The notes: generated from the letters alone by a model not told the origin. DNA of 64,000 bases from an uncultured delta proteobacterium (GCA_963798485.1 CAWCTR010000023.1:73863-137862), one strand, 5' to 3'; shown: positions 19,713 to 30,330, numbered from the stretch's first letter. Program-made: numbers and translations.

Positions 19713-22700
19713 TCATTGTGGTGTCACTCCGCATCTCATTTCGTATACACCATTAGCGGTATTTCCACTAGGCAACGTGGATATCATTCCATTTGTATAA
19801 TCAGAAAAGTTGTATCCAGATGGTCCTGAACCATCAGACATAACTCTTGCAAATAAAGCAGACCCTGCATAGTCACAAGTAAATGCAAATGTATAACTCT
19901 GGCCTCCAACAAGTATTCCAGGACTTGATCCTCCAGCTGCTTTTATAGAAGCTTGAGTCATATGGCCTTGCCATATGGGTGAACCTCCATTCGCAATCAC
20001 TGCCACTTCTGAAGTTCCTTCGGCCACAAGCTTCCCGCCACTATATACACCTATTCTCATATTTACTGCATGGGTTTGATAGCAATATAAGGATAGTTCT
20101 TGTATAACCTGATTTCCTGATCCGGGGCATTTAAACAAGGCATTCCCTTTTAATCCCCATATGGTTGCGACAGACCCAACATCCCCGACATCATCTGTAG
20201 CGTTGGAAGTCTGTTGTCCGAAATAGGTTACTGTTCCACTACCAACTATCTGTGTAAAACTTGCTGCTATGGTATGTTTAGCTTTAATATTATTAAAGGT
20301 GTATGAAGCTATTGGTGATATTGAGATCCCGTCGATCTTCACACTACTGATACTATATCCTGTGGATGGTGTTATAGTGAAAGTCTGAGATGATAAAGCC
20401 TTCACTAAGATAGAACCGGATGGAGAAATTGATCCTCCTGTTCCTGTACTGGAAGTAATTGTATAAGTTTTAAGGTTAAAGGCTGCAAGAACACTCACAT
20501 TACTATTTATAACTGCTATACACTTAGTTGTTTGTGAGCCAGAACACCCTCCGGACCATCCGGCAAAAGTTGAATAAGTATCAGGGGTAGCTGTAAGAGT
20601 TACTGATGTTCCTGCGCTGAAAGTTGTTCCTGAAGGATTAGTTGTAACTGTTCCTGTCCCATCCCCAGTCTTGGTGATGGTGAGCGTGTAGGTATTTGGT
20701 GACATAACAAAAGAAACTACCACAACGTGAGCAGCAGTTACGTTGGAAATCACATATGGATTGGCAATGGAGACAGATTGACCATTGTCGGTAATACTTC
20801 CAATAGAATAACCAGAATTAGGAGTAATGGTAATTGAGGCAGACTGTCCAGAAGTGATGTTCTGGGTCTGTGGGCTCACTGCCCCATTACTACCGGATAC
20901 AGAAGCGCTCACATTAAAAGTCTGTATAAAACTTGCTGATATGATATGATCAGCTTTAATATTATTGAAGGTGTATGAAGCTATTGGTGATATTGAGATC
21001 CCGTCAATCTTCACACTACTGATATTATATCCTGTGGATGGTGTTATAGTGAAGGTCTGGGATGATAGTGCATTCACTGAGATAGAGCCGGATGGGGAAA
21101 TTGATCCTCCTGTTCCCGCACTGGAAGTGATAGTATAAGTCATAAGATTAAAAGCTGCAGAAATACTTACATTATTATTCATAACCGCTACACACGTAGT
21201 TGTTTGTGATCCAGAACACCCTCCGGACCATCCGGCAAAAGTTGAATAAGTATCAGGGGTAGCTGTAAGAGTTACTGATGTTCCTGCGCTGAAAGTTGTT
21301 CCAGCAGGGCTGGTTGTAACCGTTCCTGTCCCATTCCCCGTCTTAGTAATGGTAAGCGTGTAAGTATTTAATGGTACAAAAGTCACCACCACAACGTGAG
21401 CAGCAGTTACGTTGGAAATCACATAAGGATTGGCAATGGAGACAGATTGACCATTGTCGGTAATACTTCCAATAGAATAACCAGTATCAGGAGTAATGGT
21501 AATCGAGGCAGACTGTCCTAAGGCAATGTTCTGTGTCTGTGGGCTCACTGACCCATTACTGCCGGATACAGAAGCGCTTACATTAAAAGTATTCGTCGTC
21601 CCGGTCACACCGGGGGCGCCAAGTCCTTTACTCGCATCATCCAGTACAAGCACGGTAACCGCAGAAGGGCTAAAAGACATCGTTCCTGTTGTTGCATACG
21701 TTCCTATCAGAATCGATGAGTTATCAGCAGGATTCCAAGACCAGACGTTCGCATATGAACCGCTTACTTTTGACATATCAACCGTGACTTGATCTGTATT
21801 AGGACACCATACCATGACCGTTTCACCAGTGCTCTCTCGTGCCGTTGCATGATAATGCTCCTCAGTATTTTTATTTGAAGTCACTACCACATTTGTATAA
21901 TCAGGTATAAAAGACCACCATTGGCGAGACCTCAGCAATTTTCCTATGTTTCCCTGGGACACTGCTCCAGAGGCGTTCATAGCATCTTTCCATGAATCAT
22001 ACGGTGCTGAAGTGGAATTACAATATAGGGATACCTGGGCCCCAAAACTCCACAAAGGACAACACCCGTATACGGCACCAACAAGGCCACCACCTAATAT
22101 GGTTACAAGTGTTTGAGAATCCCACTGAACAAGTGTACTTCCATGTTCATTTTCATAATGTCCCTCTTGAAACATGAATGGGCGTGCATTTCCATATGCT
22201 ATTTGCGCCTTTGATGCCTGAAAACCATAGGTATAGAGACTATTAATATCAACCAATGTAGTGCACGAATCTATCCCGCCTATCTGTTCATAAAGTGGTT
22301 CGCAAGAAAAGAATGCATCCGGATCACCCGCCTTTATACCTGAAACGAGGGCCTCTTCTCTTGCTTGAACATTAGGGTAACTTGAAGGGTCAGCATCACC
22401 AGCAGCCATCCAGATAATGTTGCCATAATCTTTATATCTATTCCCGATCCACGTTCCATAACTGGTCATGGCTTCATCTGTTTGCGCCTGCATATCAGAA
22501 CACCAACCATCATAACCACACCCCCAACCTAAATAGGCGGGAAACATAAGAACGGCCATATTGCGGGCCTTTGCCGCTGCCACAAAAAAATCCACATTAG
22601 TCCAATAAGCCTCATTCCTCACAGACCAATCCCCGGAACCATTCGTAAAGGGGGCTTGTCCATAATAATTGTCGGGCGCGTTAGATTGGTCATATTTACT

Positions 22701-22976
22701 TATAGCCATGAATTCAACCGCAGTGAATCCCTTGGCAGCCCTATCATCAAGATAGGTTATTACATCTTCCTGACTGATTTGCACTGCTGCAAGCCAGCCG
22801 GCATCAGCAGTCAACAAAAATGGCACACTTGATTGATCCTCAAGATATCTCCCTTTTGTATTAATCCGGAGAGGCCAATTGACCGCCGCTCCGACATCGA
22901 CGGCCATGAAAAAAATGACGGTCGTTAAGCAGACTATTATTAGTTGTTTCATATAACCGCTATACTTTTCCGCCAT
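19713..22976 (-). CDS. Large secreted protein: DUF4038 (GH140-like) catalytic domain + putative collagen-binding domain + six beta-sandwich repeats + unrecognised C-terminal domain
   Basis: AAGGGAGG RBS before ATG 22976; signal peptide; PFLLTADAGW, YLDDRAAKGF, NEAYW..VD, NIIW..GD and PF...EGHYE; InlB-B/Flg_new-like repeats (TLTATPD..STFAGWSGGC, TFTITPSTGY.ISSVKIDG). Confidence 0.8.
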   Translation of the reverse strand: MAEKYSGYMKQLIIVCLTTVIFFMAVDVGAAVNWPLRINTKGRYLEDQSSVPFLLTADAGWLAAVQISQEDVITYLDDRAAKGFTAVEFMAISKYDQSNAPDNYYGQAPFTNGSGDWSVRNEAYWTNVDFFVAAAKARNMAVLMFPAYLGWGCGYDGWCSDMQAQTDEAMTSYGTWIGNRYKDYGNIIWMAAGDADPSSYPNVQAREEALVSGIKAGDPDAFFSCEPLYEQIGGIDSCTTLVDINSLYTYGFQASKAQIAYGNARPFMFQEGHYENEHGSTLVQWDSQTLVTILGGGLVGAVYGCCPLWSFGAQVSLYCNSTSAPYDSWKDAMNASGAVSQGNIGKLLRSRQWWSFIPDYTNVVVTSNKNTEEHYHATARESTGETVMVWCPNTDQVTVDMSKVSGSYANVWSWNPADNSSILIGTYATTGTMSFSPSAVTVLVLDDASKGLGAPGVTGTTNTFNVSASVSGSNGSVSPQTQNIALGQSASITITPDTGYSIGSITDNGQSVSIANPYVISNVTAAHVVVVTFVPLNTYTLTITKTGNGTGTVTTSPAGTTFSAGTSVTLTATPDTYSTFAGWSGGCSGSQTTTCVAVMNNNVSISAAFNLMTYTITSSAGTGGSISPSGSISVNALSSQTFTITPSTGYNISSVKIDGISISPIASYTFNNIKADHIISASFIQTFNVSASVSGSNGAVSPQTQNITSGQSASITITPNSGYSIGSITDNGQSVSIANPYVISNVTAAHVVVVSFVMSPNTYTLTITKTGDGTGTVTTNPSGTTFSAGTSVTLTATPDTYSTFAGWSGGCSGSQTTKCIAVINSNVSVLAAFNLKTYTITSSTGTGGSISPSGSILVKALSSQTFTITPSTGYSISSVKIDGISISPIASYTFNNIKAKHTIAASFTQIVGSGTVTYFGQQTSNATDDVGDVGSVATIWGLKGNALFKCPGSGNQVIQELSLYCYQTHAVNMRIGVYSGGKLVAEGTSEVAVIANGGSPIWQGHMTQASIKAAGGSSPGILVGGQSYTFAFTCDYAGSALFARVMSDGSGPSGYNFSDYTNGMISTLPSGNTANGVYEMRCGVTPQ
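20250..21590. repeat. Intragenic tandem duplication, period about 669 bp (223 aa, three beta-sandwich domains per unit)
   Basis: TFNVSASVSGSNG begins at both 21590 and 20921 (minus strand), with long identical nucleotide stretches between the copies. Confidence 0.93.
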
Positions 22977-23399
22977 CTGATACCTCCCTTTAATCTCGTT
23001 TGGGTTAATTCCTCGCGGCTTGGTGCGGAGATATTCATTTTCCAATTTTTTTTAGCTTAAGCTCCCGGCTTTACTAAGATGACAAGCAATGATTAAGCAG
23101 CCAGTGAATATTGTTTTATTTCAATATGTTGAAAAAATCAAAGTGTGTAGTAATTGAACTAGACATGTTAGGTCAACATTATAAGACACAAGATTAGAAA
23201 ATCAAGGTTCATGGTTTATAGTTATCATCTACAATTCTCTTGATGCAATATTGATATCAAGTTAGATTACACTGAGAATAAATCCAATCGAAAAACGAAC
23301 ATCATCTTAAAGAAAGGAATGTGAGGGGCCAAGGTCATCAAAGTGATATGATTTTGTGCATCTGACAAAAGATCTCCAAGTTTCTCTAAACTGGATTTA

Positions 23400-23438
23400 A
23401 TGACAAACACTTTTGGCAGATGACAAACACAAGTGGCA
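23400..23438 (+). promoter_or_regulatory. Tandem operator-like repeat upstream of ssb
   Basis: ATGACAAACAC-TTT-TGGCA and ATGACAAACAC-AAG-TGGCA, 20-bp period, ending about 20 nt before the ssb ATG. Confidence 0.55.
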
Positions 23439-23459
23439 ATTCTCAAAAGGAGGTTTTCA

Positions 23460-23888
23460 ATGGCAGGTTCGATTAACAAGGTTATCTTGATCGGCAGGCT
23501 CGGAAGGGACCCGGAGATGAGGTTTACCCCGAGCGGCAAGGCTGTTACGAATTTCACGCTGGCAACGAATGAAAACTGGACAGACCAGAGCGGGGAAAAG
23601 CAGGAACGCACCGAGTGGCACCGCATCGTCACATGGGGAAAGCTGGCTGAGAACTGCGCCAAGCTGCTGGCCAAGGGCAAACAGGTATACGTTGAGGGCA
23701 GGATCCAGACGCGGTCGTGGGACGACAAAGACGGGAACAAGCGCTATACTACCGAGGTCGTTGCCAATATCATGCAGATGCTGGGACCCATGGAAAGTGG
23801 AAGCAAGGGTATGGGCGATGAAGGCGCGGATCTTGGACCCGGCGAGGGCATACCGGGTTCTCCTGAGTTTGATGACGTGCCGTTCTGA
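23460..23888 (+). CDS. ssb: Single-stranded DNA-binding protein
   Basis: [22 protein letters not shown] and acidic tail DDVPF; AGGAGG RBS. Confidence 0.97.
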   Translation: MAGSINKVILIGRLGRDPEMRFTPSGKAVTNFTLATNENWTDQSGEKQERTEWHRIVTWGKLAENCAKLLAKGKQVYVEGRIQTRSWDDKDGNKRYTTEVVANIMQMLGPMESGSKGMGDEGADLGPGEGIPGSPEFDDVPF

Positions 23889-23917
23889 AATAAAATAGGT
23901 ATACTATCACATACTAC

Positions 23918-23955
23918 CCCCTCTCCCCGGCCCTCTCCCGCCGGGGGAGAGGGGG
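23918..23955. repeat. CCCTCTCCC...GGGAGAGGG REP-like palindrome / hairpin between convergent genes
   Basis: CCCCTCTCCCCGGCCCTCTCCCGCCGGGGGAGAGGGGG: duplicated left arm plus inverted right arm. Confidence 0.65.
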
Positions 23956-24006
23956 AAAAATTCTGAGTGGGAAGGGTTGTCTGCTACCTTCAGGCCTTTT
24001 ATGTGA

Positions 24007-25170
24007 CTACAGGCCTAGGCTGTTCCTGACTGCCTTTTTAATCCCCGGGGCAGCTGCCTTGATGATTGCCTCGTCCACACAGTAGGTGAATCGCACATAT
24101 CCGGGCCAGCCGAATCCCCTGCCGGGGACCGCCAGGACACATTCATTGACCAGGGCGTTGCAGAAGGCCAGATCGTCTTTGACAGGCGATTTCACAAAGA
24201 GGTAGAAGGCCCCTTCAGGCGGTGCATAGCTAAGGCCGGCATCGTCAAAGATTGCCTTCATCACATCACGCCGTTTTCGGTAGATCTCCACATCCACCCT
24301 CTCGTTCAGGCACCCGGCAAGGACTTTCTGCATAAGAGCCGGGGCATTGACGAAACCGAGGATGCGGGTGGCAAGGATCATGGCGCCGATGACCTCTTTC
24401 TTCTGTTCAAGACGTGGGCTTACAGCGATATAGCCGATTCGCTCCCCTGCCAGCGAAAGCTCCTTGGATGCAGAGGTGACAACAACGGAATTGGGGATGT
24501 GCTTGAGCACCGATGGCACGTGGCGGTTGTCGTACACGATGGCCCGGTATGGCTCGTCAGAGATGACAACTACACCGGGGTGTTCCTTAAGCAGCCTTCC
24601 CATTGCCGCAAGGATGCCCTCAGGATAGACCCTGCCTGTGGGGTTATTGGGGGTATTTATGATGATGGCCTTGGTCCGCCCTGTGATCTTTTCTGCGATC
24701 TTTTCCACATCGGGCAGGAACTGCTCGTCGCACTGGGCGACTACAAGCTTGCCGCCGTGGTTATCGGCGTAGAAACCGTACTCTACAAAGTAAGGTGCAA
24801 GGGCAATCACCTCGTCTCCGGGGTCGAGAATGGCCTTTAAGGCCACATTCAGACCTCCGCCGGCACCGCAGGACATGATGATGTCATCGGCCGTCAGCGG
24901 CGCTTCATATATCCCGGACAGATGAGCGGCTATACTTGAGCGTACATCCTCGTAACCTGCATTGGCCATATAGCCATGGAACATGGTGCCGGTCAGCGCC
25001 GCCATGCGCTCAAGGGCCTTGGCAGGCGGCGGCACATCGGGGTTACCCAGGCTGAAGTCAAAGACGTTGTGCGGCCCGTGAATGGACTTGAGACGAGCGC
25101 CTTCCTCGAACATCTTCCGGATCCACGAGGCCTTTTCCATGAACGCAATCATCTTCGCTGAAGCCGGCAT
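24007..25170 (-). CDS. PLP-dependent class I aminotransferase (aspartate aminotransferase-like)
   Basis: NTPNNPTG, SDEPY, S.SK.LSLAGERIGY and PEGAFYLF motifs. Confidence 0.93.
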   Translation of the reverse strand: MPASAKMIAFMEKASWIRKMFEEGARLKSIHGPHNVFDFSLGNPDVPPPAKALERMAALTGTMFHGYMANAGYEDVRSSIAAHLSGIYEAPLTADDIIMSCGAGGGLNVALKAILDPGDEVIALAPYFVEYGFYADNHGGKLVVAQCDEQFLPDVEKIAEKITGRTKAIIINTPNNPTGRVYPEGILAAMGRLLKEHPGVVVISDEPYRAIVYDNRHVPSVLKHIPNSVVVTSASKELSLAGERIGYIAVSPRLEQKKEVIGAMILATRILGFVNAPALMQKVLAGCLNERVDVEIYRKRRDVMKAIFDDAGLSYAPPEGAFYLFVKSPVKDDLAFCNALVNECVLAVPGRGFGWPGYVRFTYCVDEAIIKAAAPGIKKAVRNSLGL

Positions 25171-25400
25171 AGCTACCTCCTATAAGACAACTAAAAAAAG
25201 ATGATAGCAATCATCAGCTTGAAAGTACAGGTGAAACAGCAGTTTTAAGAAGAGGTGAGCAGCGTTGGGCGGCAATGGGGTGGTGTATGTTTTTGTATCT
25301 TGTAGGCCTTGGGAAGTGATGCTATCGTAAGCCCGCATAACTTAGTACCGGCTTAGCCCCAATCACTATCTCTAATAGAGCGTGAAAGGATCTTTGTATT

Positions 25401-27275
25401 ATGACAGAGAGAATTAAATCACCGCTGATCATCAATATACTGCTGGGTGTGATGATCTTTGCCTTGTACTTCAATATATTCGAAAACAGCCCAACCAACT
25501 GGGACGATCCCGCCCTTTTTAAAAGCCCATTATTCCATAGCGTTACTATGGATAACATAAAGACGATACTTTCGTACCAAAGCGGGGGCACCTACCAGCC
25601 CGTTAGGGATCTGAGCTATATGATCGACTTCAGCCTGTGGGGTGGTGCTAAGGTGGTTTTTGGAATGCATATCCAGAGCCTCCTCCTCTACATCCTCATG
25701 GTGATTGGATGTTATGCCTTCATGAGGGAACTCTTGAAGGCCTTTCACGATGATGCCGAGGAGTGTTACGTCTGGGCTGTTCTCACCTCAGTTATCTTTG
25801 CCGTCCATCCAGTGCATGTGGAGAGCGTGACATGGCTTTATGCAAGAAAGGAGCCCCTGCTGGGCATCTTCACCTTCCTATCCCTGTGGGCCTTCATCAA
25901 GGCCAGAGTTGCATCCTGGAAATATTATCTTGTGAGCGCCATTGCACTATTGCTTGCCATCCTTTCCAAACCCACGGCGCTTGTCATCCCGGGCATCATG
26001 TTCATGCTCGATATCGCCCTGCAGGTGAGATTAAAAGAACCTTCATTCTGGAAGAGGCGACTGGCCCTGTATATCCCCATCCTTGTCGTGGTGTCTCCTA
26101 TGATAGTGCGGCTTGTTACCATGATGTCCACTACCGGGGGTATCAAGCCCTACCACGGTGGAAGTTTTGCCACGAACCTGCTGGCAGTATCGCAGATCTT
26201 TATCAGCTACATCAAGCTCATAGGCTTTACCATCAATTATTCGGCAGACTATCCCATACCTCTGTACTCTGACCCGCACACCTGGCAGCCTTGGTTCTTT
26301 CTCGCTCTCAATGTGCTGCTCATGGGCAGTGCGGTATTGGCCTTTATCAAAAAAAGATACCTCTACAGCTTTTTTGTTGCCTGGTATTATATCTTTCTCT
26401 TTCCGGTATCCCATATTTTCCCCATCTCCCAGACCATGACCGACCGTTATGCCCTGCTGCCATCCCTGAGCTGGTGCGTGCTGCTCGGCTATCTGGCCAC
26501 AAAACTCTGGCATTTAAGGCTCAAGCAAGGGTTCCTTTCTCGCCAGTTCCCTATGGCACTTGCCATTGGCCTATTTTGCTTTGTGACCCTCTTTTATTCA
26601 TACATGACCTTCCTGCAGAATGGTATCTGGAAGAACAGCCAGACATTGTGGGAAGATACCCTGGCCAAGTATCCGACATCAAGCCCGGCAAATGTCAACC
26701 TTGCAGCCATCTATGTCAGCCAGGGGCGGTACCAGGAGGTCCAGCAGCTCTGTCTCACCGCTATAAAGGCCTTGCCGTATGATTACCTTGCCATCAGCAA
26801 CCTGGCGCTTGCCCAGATGATGATGAAGCAGTATGACAATGCCATTAACAATTATAAGCAGGCCCTTAAGCTCAAGCCCGAACTCGTGGAAGCCCGAATG
26901 GGACTTGCATATGCATATTCAGAGAAAGGAGATCATGTAAACGCTTATAAAGTGTATGCCGAGCTCTTTCAGGATCATATCGGGGGATCGCCGGGTTATA
27001 GAACAAAGGCTTACTATCAGTTCGGGTACGCTGCATGGAAGCTCGGCAAGAAGGACGAGGCCTATCGCTACCTGGCAATTGCCGAGCCGGGGATGCGCCA
27101 GAATAAGTTCCTCCTAAGTGACCTGGCAGGGCTCTACACGAGCATGATGGATATGAACAAGGCTTATGAGCTGTACTCAGCGCTGTACCCCATGCTTGAA
27201 AAGGGTGATGCAAAGGATAAACTCTTAATACTTCTGAGGGCGTTCGAGAAGAGGATAAAGCAGCCTAAGGGGTAA
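25401..27275 (+). CDS. TMTC-like GT-C glycosyltransferase with C-terminal TPR repeats
   Basis: WDD, YQPVR..SY, FAVHPVHVESVTW..ARK, SK, DRY..LP and W.NS.TLW motifs, followed by TPRs. Confidence 0.85.
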   Translation: MTERIKSPLIINILLGVMIFALYFNIFENSPTNWDDPALFKSPLFHSVTMDNIKTILSYQSGGTYQPVRDLSYMIDFSLWGGAKVVFGMHIQSLLLYILMVIGCYAFMRELLKAFHDDAEECYVWAVLTSVIFAVHPVHVESVTWLYARKEPLLGIFTFLSLWAFIKARVASWKYYLVSAIALLLAILSKPTALVIPGIMFMLDIALQVRLKEPSFWKRRLALYIPILVVVSPMIVRLVTMMSTTGGIKPYHGGSFATNLLAVSQIFISYIKLIGFTINYSADYPIPLYSDPHTWQPWFFLALNVLLMGSAVLAFIKKRYLYSFFVAWYYIFLFPVSHIFPISQTMTDRYALLPSLSWCVLLGYLATKLWHLRLKQGFLSRQFPMALAIGLFCFVTLFYSYMTFLQNGIWKNSQTLWEDTLAKYPTSSPANVNLAAIYVSQGRYQEVQQLCLTAIKALPYDYLAISNLALAQMMMKQYDNAINNYKQALKLKPELVEARMGLAYAYSEKGDHVNAYKVYAELFQDHIGGSPGYRTKAYYQFGYAAWKLGKKDEAYRYLAIAEPGMRQNKFLLSDLAGLYTSMMDMNKAYELYSALYPMLEKGDAKDKLLILLRAFEKRIKQPKG

Positions 27276-27276
27276 A

Positions 27277-28836
27277 TTATTCGAATCTTCTTTTGGGCGA
27301 AACCATGAGCAGCGCATAGGTGTTCTCCGCCCGATAAGAATCCACCAGCACTGAGTGCATACGTCCTTTAAGGCCCTCGATCAGACCTGCAAGATCAGAT
27401 GTGCTGGCAGCGAGGAAAGCAGTTTCATTCAAGGGCACGACATTCCTGTTTACAATCATGGGGCTGGCATCCACGGCGCTCATATATCCGCGCATGACAA
27501 GGTCGTCTTCATACACGATCAAGGGTGTATTTTTAGCTATGCCCCCCATGTAGGACATCTTCTGGTCCCATTGGCTTTCGGGGCTCAGAAAGGCCATATA
27601 CCAGACTATCGAGACAACGGCGAACAGGGCGACGATGAACTGGGCGGTCATCTTGTGCTTAAAGGTTAAGATGATAAAGAGTATGGCCGCTGTGACGAAA
27701 CCTGCGCCGACAATGAGCTGCTTTGTGTTTATGGCAAACCCCAAATACACAGGAAGCAGCAGAAGCACAAGCGCACAGAGAAAAACGCTGAACCCGGCCA
27801 GCGCCATCATCCAGTAGCCCAGACGCCCTTTTTGTACCCCCGGGAATAGTGCGCGCGAGATCCAGAGCCCGATTAAAGGCGAAGCAAAGATTGCAAGGAT
27901 CGTGGCGTACTGGTTCAATCCGGAAGATGAGCTCCAGAGCATGAGGACTATCAGCACAATAGCAATCCTGACAGGCAGCAAGGTCCGCCAGGCATCCTGG
28001 TCTGATGGCCCGCCGCCATAAACCCAAGCCGGGATAACAAGGAATATCCAGGGGGATGAATAGGTGATGACCGCGTACATTCCTCTAAACAAGCCGATAT
28101 GCCCACCCGGGGAAAAGGACCCGCTTGAAAAGCCCGGCCCCAGTATGATCCTGTATGAGGTAAAATATGCTGCCATCGCACATGCTATAATCACCAGGCC
28201 GGGGATAATATGGATGGAAAAGAACTGTGATGGCGCAAGGTCGAGCAGGATGAGAGAGAGCGTTCCAAGGAGAAAGAACACGAGCATGAAGTAGCCCCCA
28301 GTGAGAGTGGCCAAACCGGCCAGCATGTAAGACAAGATATACAGTCCGGAATTGAGCCTCTTAATGTAGGTCAGTGAAAAGAGGCCAAAGGCAGATACGA
28401 CAAGGGCTACGGGCAGAGCCATGAGGTTGAGCGTGCCGAACAGGGCTAAAAAACCAAGGCTTGTCATGGCGAGGAAGGATGAGGCAATGGCGCAAGAAAG
28501 GTCGAACAGGGCAAGGCTGTAAAGAAAGATGCACGATATAAGGACGCAGCCCAATATACAAGACACCAGTCTCGGTGTGGAGATGTCAATGACAGGAAGA
28601 AATGACATGGCCGTTAAGGTCAAGGGATTTTGGCCCAGGACGGATTCGGCGTTGAGCACAGGCACATAGCTTTGCTGATCCTGCATCTCGCTTATGATCT
28701 GGAAAAGCCACACCTCTGAGTCTCTTGGCGGTGTGAACAGGCCGAGCGGCAGGAGCAGGGCAAGACATGCCGCAAGAATGACGAGAAGAGATGCGGCGGA
28801 TTTCAGTGATTCCACAGGGTTTGGCCTCCCAATCAT
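27277..28836 (-). CDS. Polytopic membrane protein, divergent ArnT/GT83-like (GT-C)
   Basis: About 13 hydrophobic segments; P.LN, RL.S, LATLT.G and PW motifs in ArnT-like order, but with canonical residues altered. Confidence 0.6.
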   Translation of the reverse strand: MIGRPNPVESLKSAASLLVILAACLALLLPLGLFTPPRDSEVWLFQIISEMQDQQSYVPVLNAESVLGQNPLTLTAMSFLPVIDISTPRLVSCILGCVLISCIFLYSLALFDLSCAIASSFLAMTSLGFLALFGTLNLMALPVALVVSAFGLFSLTYIKRLNSGLYILSYMLAGLATLTGGYFMLVFFLLGTLSLILLDLAPSQFFSIHIIPGLVIIACAMAAYFTSYRIILGPGFSSGSFSPGGHIGLFRGMYAVITYSSPWIFLVIPAWVYGGGPSDQDAWRTLLPVRIAIVLIVLMLWSSSSGLNQYATILAIFASPLIGLWISRALFPGVQKGRLGYWMMALAGFSVFLCALVLLLLPVYLGFAINTKQLIVGAGFVTAAILFIILTFKHKMTAQFIVALFAVVSIVWYMAFLSPESQWDQKMSYMGGIAKNTPLIVYEDDLVMRGYMSAVDASPMIVNRNVVPLNETAFLAASTSDLAGLIEGLKGRMHSVLVDSYRAENTYALLMVSPKRRFE

Positions 28837-28898
28837 TAAAAGGGATTACATGATGCGCCTCGAAGGTGTCAAGACTGGAGATGACTTATTTGTAAGAG

Positions 28899-28927
28899 TT
28901 GACATCTTAAAGCGCTGACCGTAGAAT
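28899..28927 (+). promoter_or_regulatory. Sigma70 promoter of rph-rdgB
   Basis: TTGACA-17 nt-TAGAAT. Confidence 0.8.
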
Positions 28928-28957
28928 TGGCCTCCAGAAAGGGTAGGAAGGGCTTAT

Positions 28958-29734
28958 ATGGCATCAATTGAGGAATTGTTGAAAGATAAGGGCATTATTC
29001 GGCCCAAGGCATTGCGCCGCAGTGATAACCGGGCCCCTGATGAGATCAGGCAGGCAAAGATAACCAGGGGTTATTGCAAACATGCAATGGGTTCGTGTCT
29101 CATCGAGATCGGTGACACAAAGGTGATATGCGCTGCCAGTGTCGAGAACAAGGTCCCCCCGCACCTGAAAAATACCGGGTCCGGGTGGGTTACGGCCGAA
29201 TACGGGATGCTTCCGGCATCCACGAATGTCCGGACCATACGGGAATCTTCACGGGGGAGGACCAAAGGAAGAACCCATGAGATCCAGCGGCTCATCGGGC
29301 GCTCGCTCAGGGCTGCGACCTCGCTTACCGAACTTGGTGAACGGACAATCTGGATCGACTGCGATGTGCTTCAGGCAGACGGAGGGACCCGTACTGCAGC
29401 CATTACGGGCTCATATGTTGCGCTCCATGAAGCCGTCAAATCCATGCTCGTCCATCAGCTTATAGTCAAGAACCCGCTGCTGGAACAGGTCGCCGCAATA
29501 TCGGTGGGCATTATCGACGATCAGCTGTTTCTCGATTTGAGCTACGAGGAAGACTCGAGCGCTGCCGTGGACATGAATGTGGTCATGACCAAGACCGGGA
29601 AGATCATCGAGGTACAGGGAACAGCCGAAAAGGCCCCTTTCACGCTGGAGCAGATGATGATGCTCATCCATCTCGCCAAGAAGGGAATCGATGAGCTTAT
29701 ACTGAAGCAGGCCCAAGTCCTCGGAATACCATGA
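28958..29734 (+). CDS. rph: Ribonuclease PH
   Basis: [40 protein letters not shown] and EVQGTAE motifs. Confidence 0.97.
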   Translation: MASIEELLKDKGIIRPKALRRSDNRAPDEIRQAKITRGYCKHAMGSCLIEIGDTKVICAASVENKVPPHLKNTGSGWVTAEYGMLPASTNVRTIRESSRGRTKGRTHEIQRLIGRSLRAATSLTELGERTIWIDCDVLQADGGTRTAAITGSYVALHEAVKSMLVHQLIVKNPLLEQVAAISVGIIDDQLFLDLSYEEDSSAAVDMNVVMTKTGKIIEVQGTAEKAPFTLEQMMMLIHLAKKGIDELILKQAQVLGIP

Positions 29735-30330
29735 AGGTCCTGGTGGCCACCGCGAACAGGGGAAAGATCAGCGAAATCACTCAGATTCTCTCCGGCACAG
29801 GCATCAGCATTCTTACCCCGCATGAAGCAGGGCTGCTGCTTGATGTTGAGGAGAACGGCGTTACCTTTGAGGCCAATGCAGTAATAAAGGCCCATGCCTG
29901 GCGCAGATACAGCGGATATCCGACCCTGGCCGATGATTCGGGCCTATGCGTGGATGCCCTTGGGGGCAGGCCCGGCGTCCATACGGCCAGGTTTGCAGGT
30001 GATGGCGCCACGGATCGGGAGAATTACGAGATGCTGCTCAAGCTCATGGAAGGGGTCACTGACAGGCAGGCCCATTTCATGTGTGTTGTGGCCCTTGCCA
30101 TCTCCGATGACATGGTGATTACCGCTTTTGGCCGGTGCGATGGTGTCATTTTACACGGGCCCATAGGTGAGGGCGGGTTCGGTTATGACCCTGTCTTTTT
30201 TGATCCTGAGACCGGGAAGAGCTTTGCCCAGTTGACGGACAACGAAAAAAACACACGCAGCCACAGGGGCCGGGCCCTCATATCCTTGAAGCAGAAGCTT
30301 GAGGAACAGGGTATCATAGGGCATAAGTAA
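29731..30330 (+). CDS. rdgB: XTP/dITP diphosphatase
   Basis: ATAN.GK..E, ADDSGL.VDAL.G.PGV, GFGYDP and SHRG motifs. Confidence 0.96.
   Translation: MKVLVATANRGKISEITQILSGTGISILTPHEAGLLLDVEENGVTFEANAVIKAHAWRRYSGYPTLADDSGLCVDALGGRPGVHTARFAGDGATDRENYEMLLKLMEGVTDRQAHFMCVVALAISDDMVITAFGRCDGVILHGPIGEGGFGYDPVFFDPETGKSFAQLTDNEKNTRSHRGRALISLKQKLEEQGIIGHK

Noticed and set aside
23085-23104. Possible sigma54 promoter for the DUF4038 gene (TGGC...TTGC on the minus strand)
   Set aside because: GG-to-GC spacing is 13 nt rather than the required 10.
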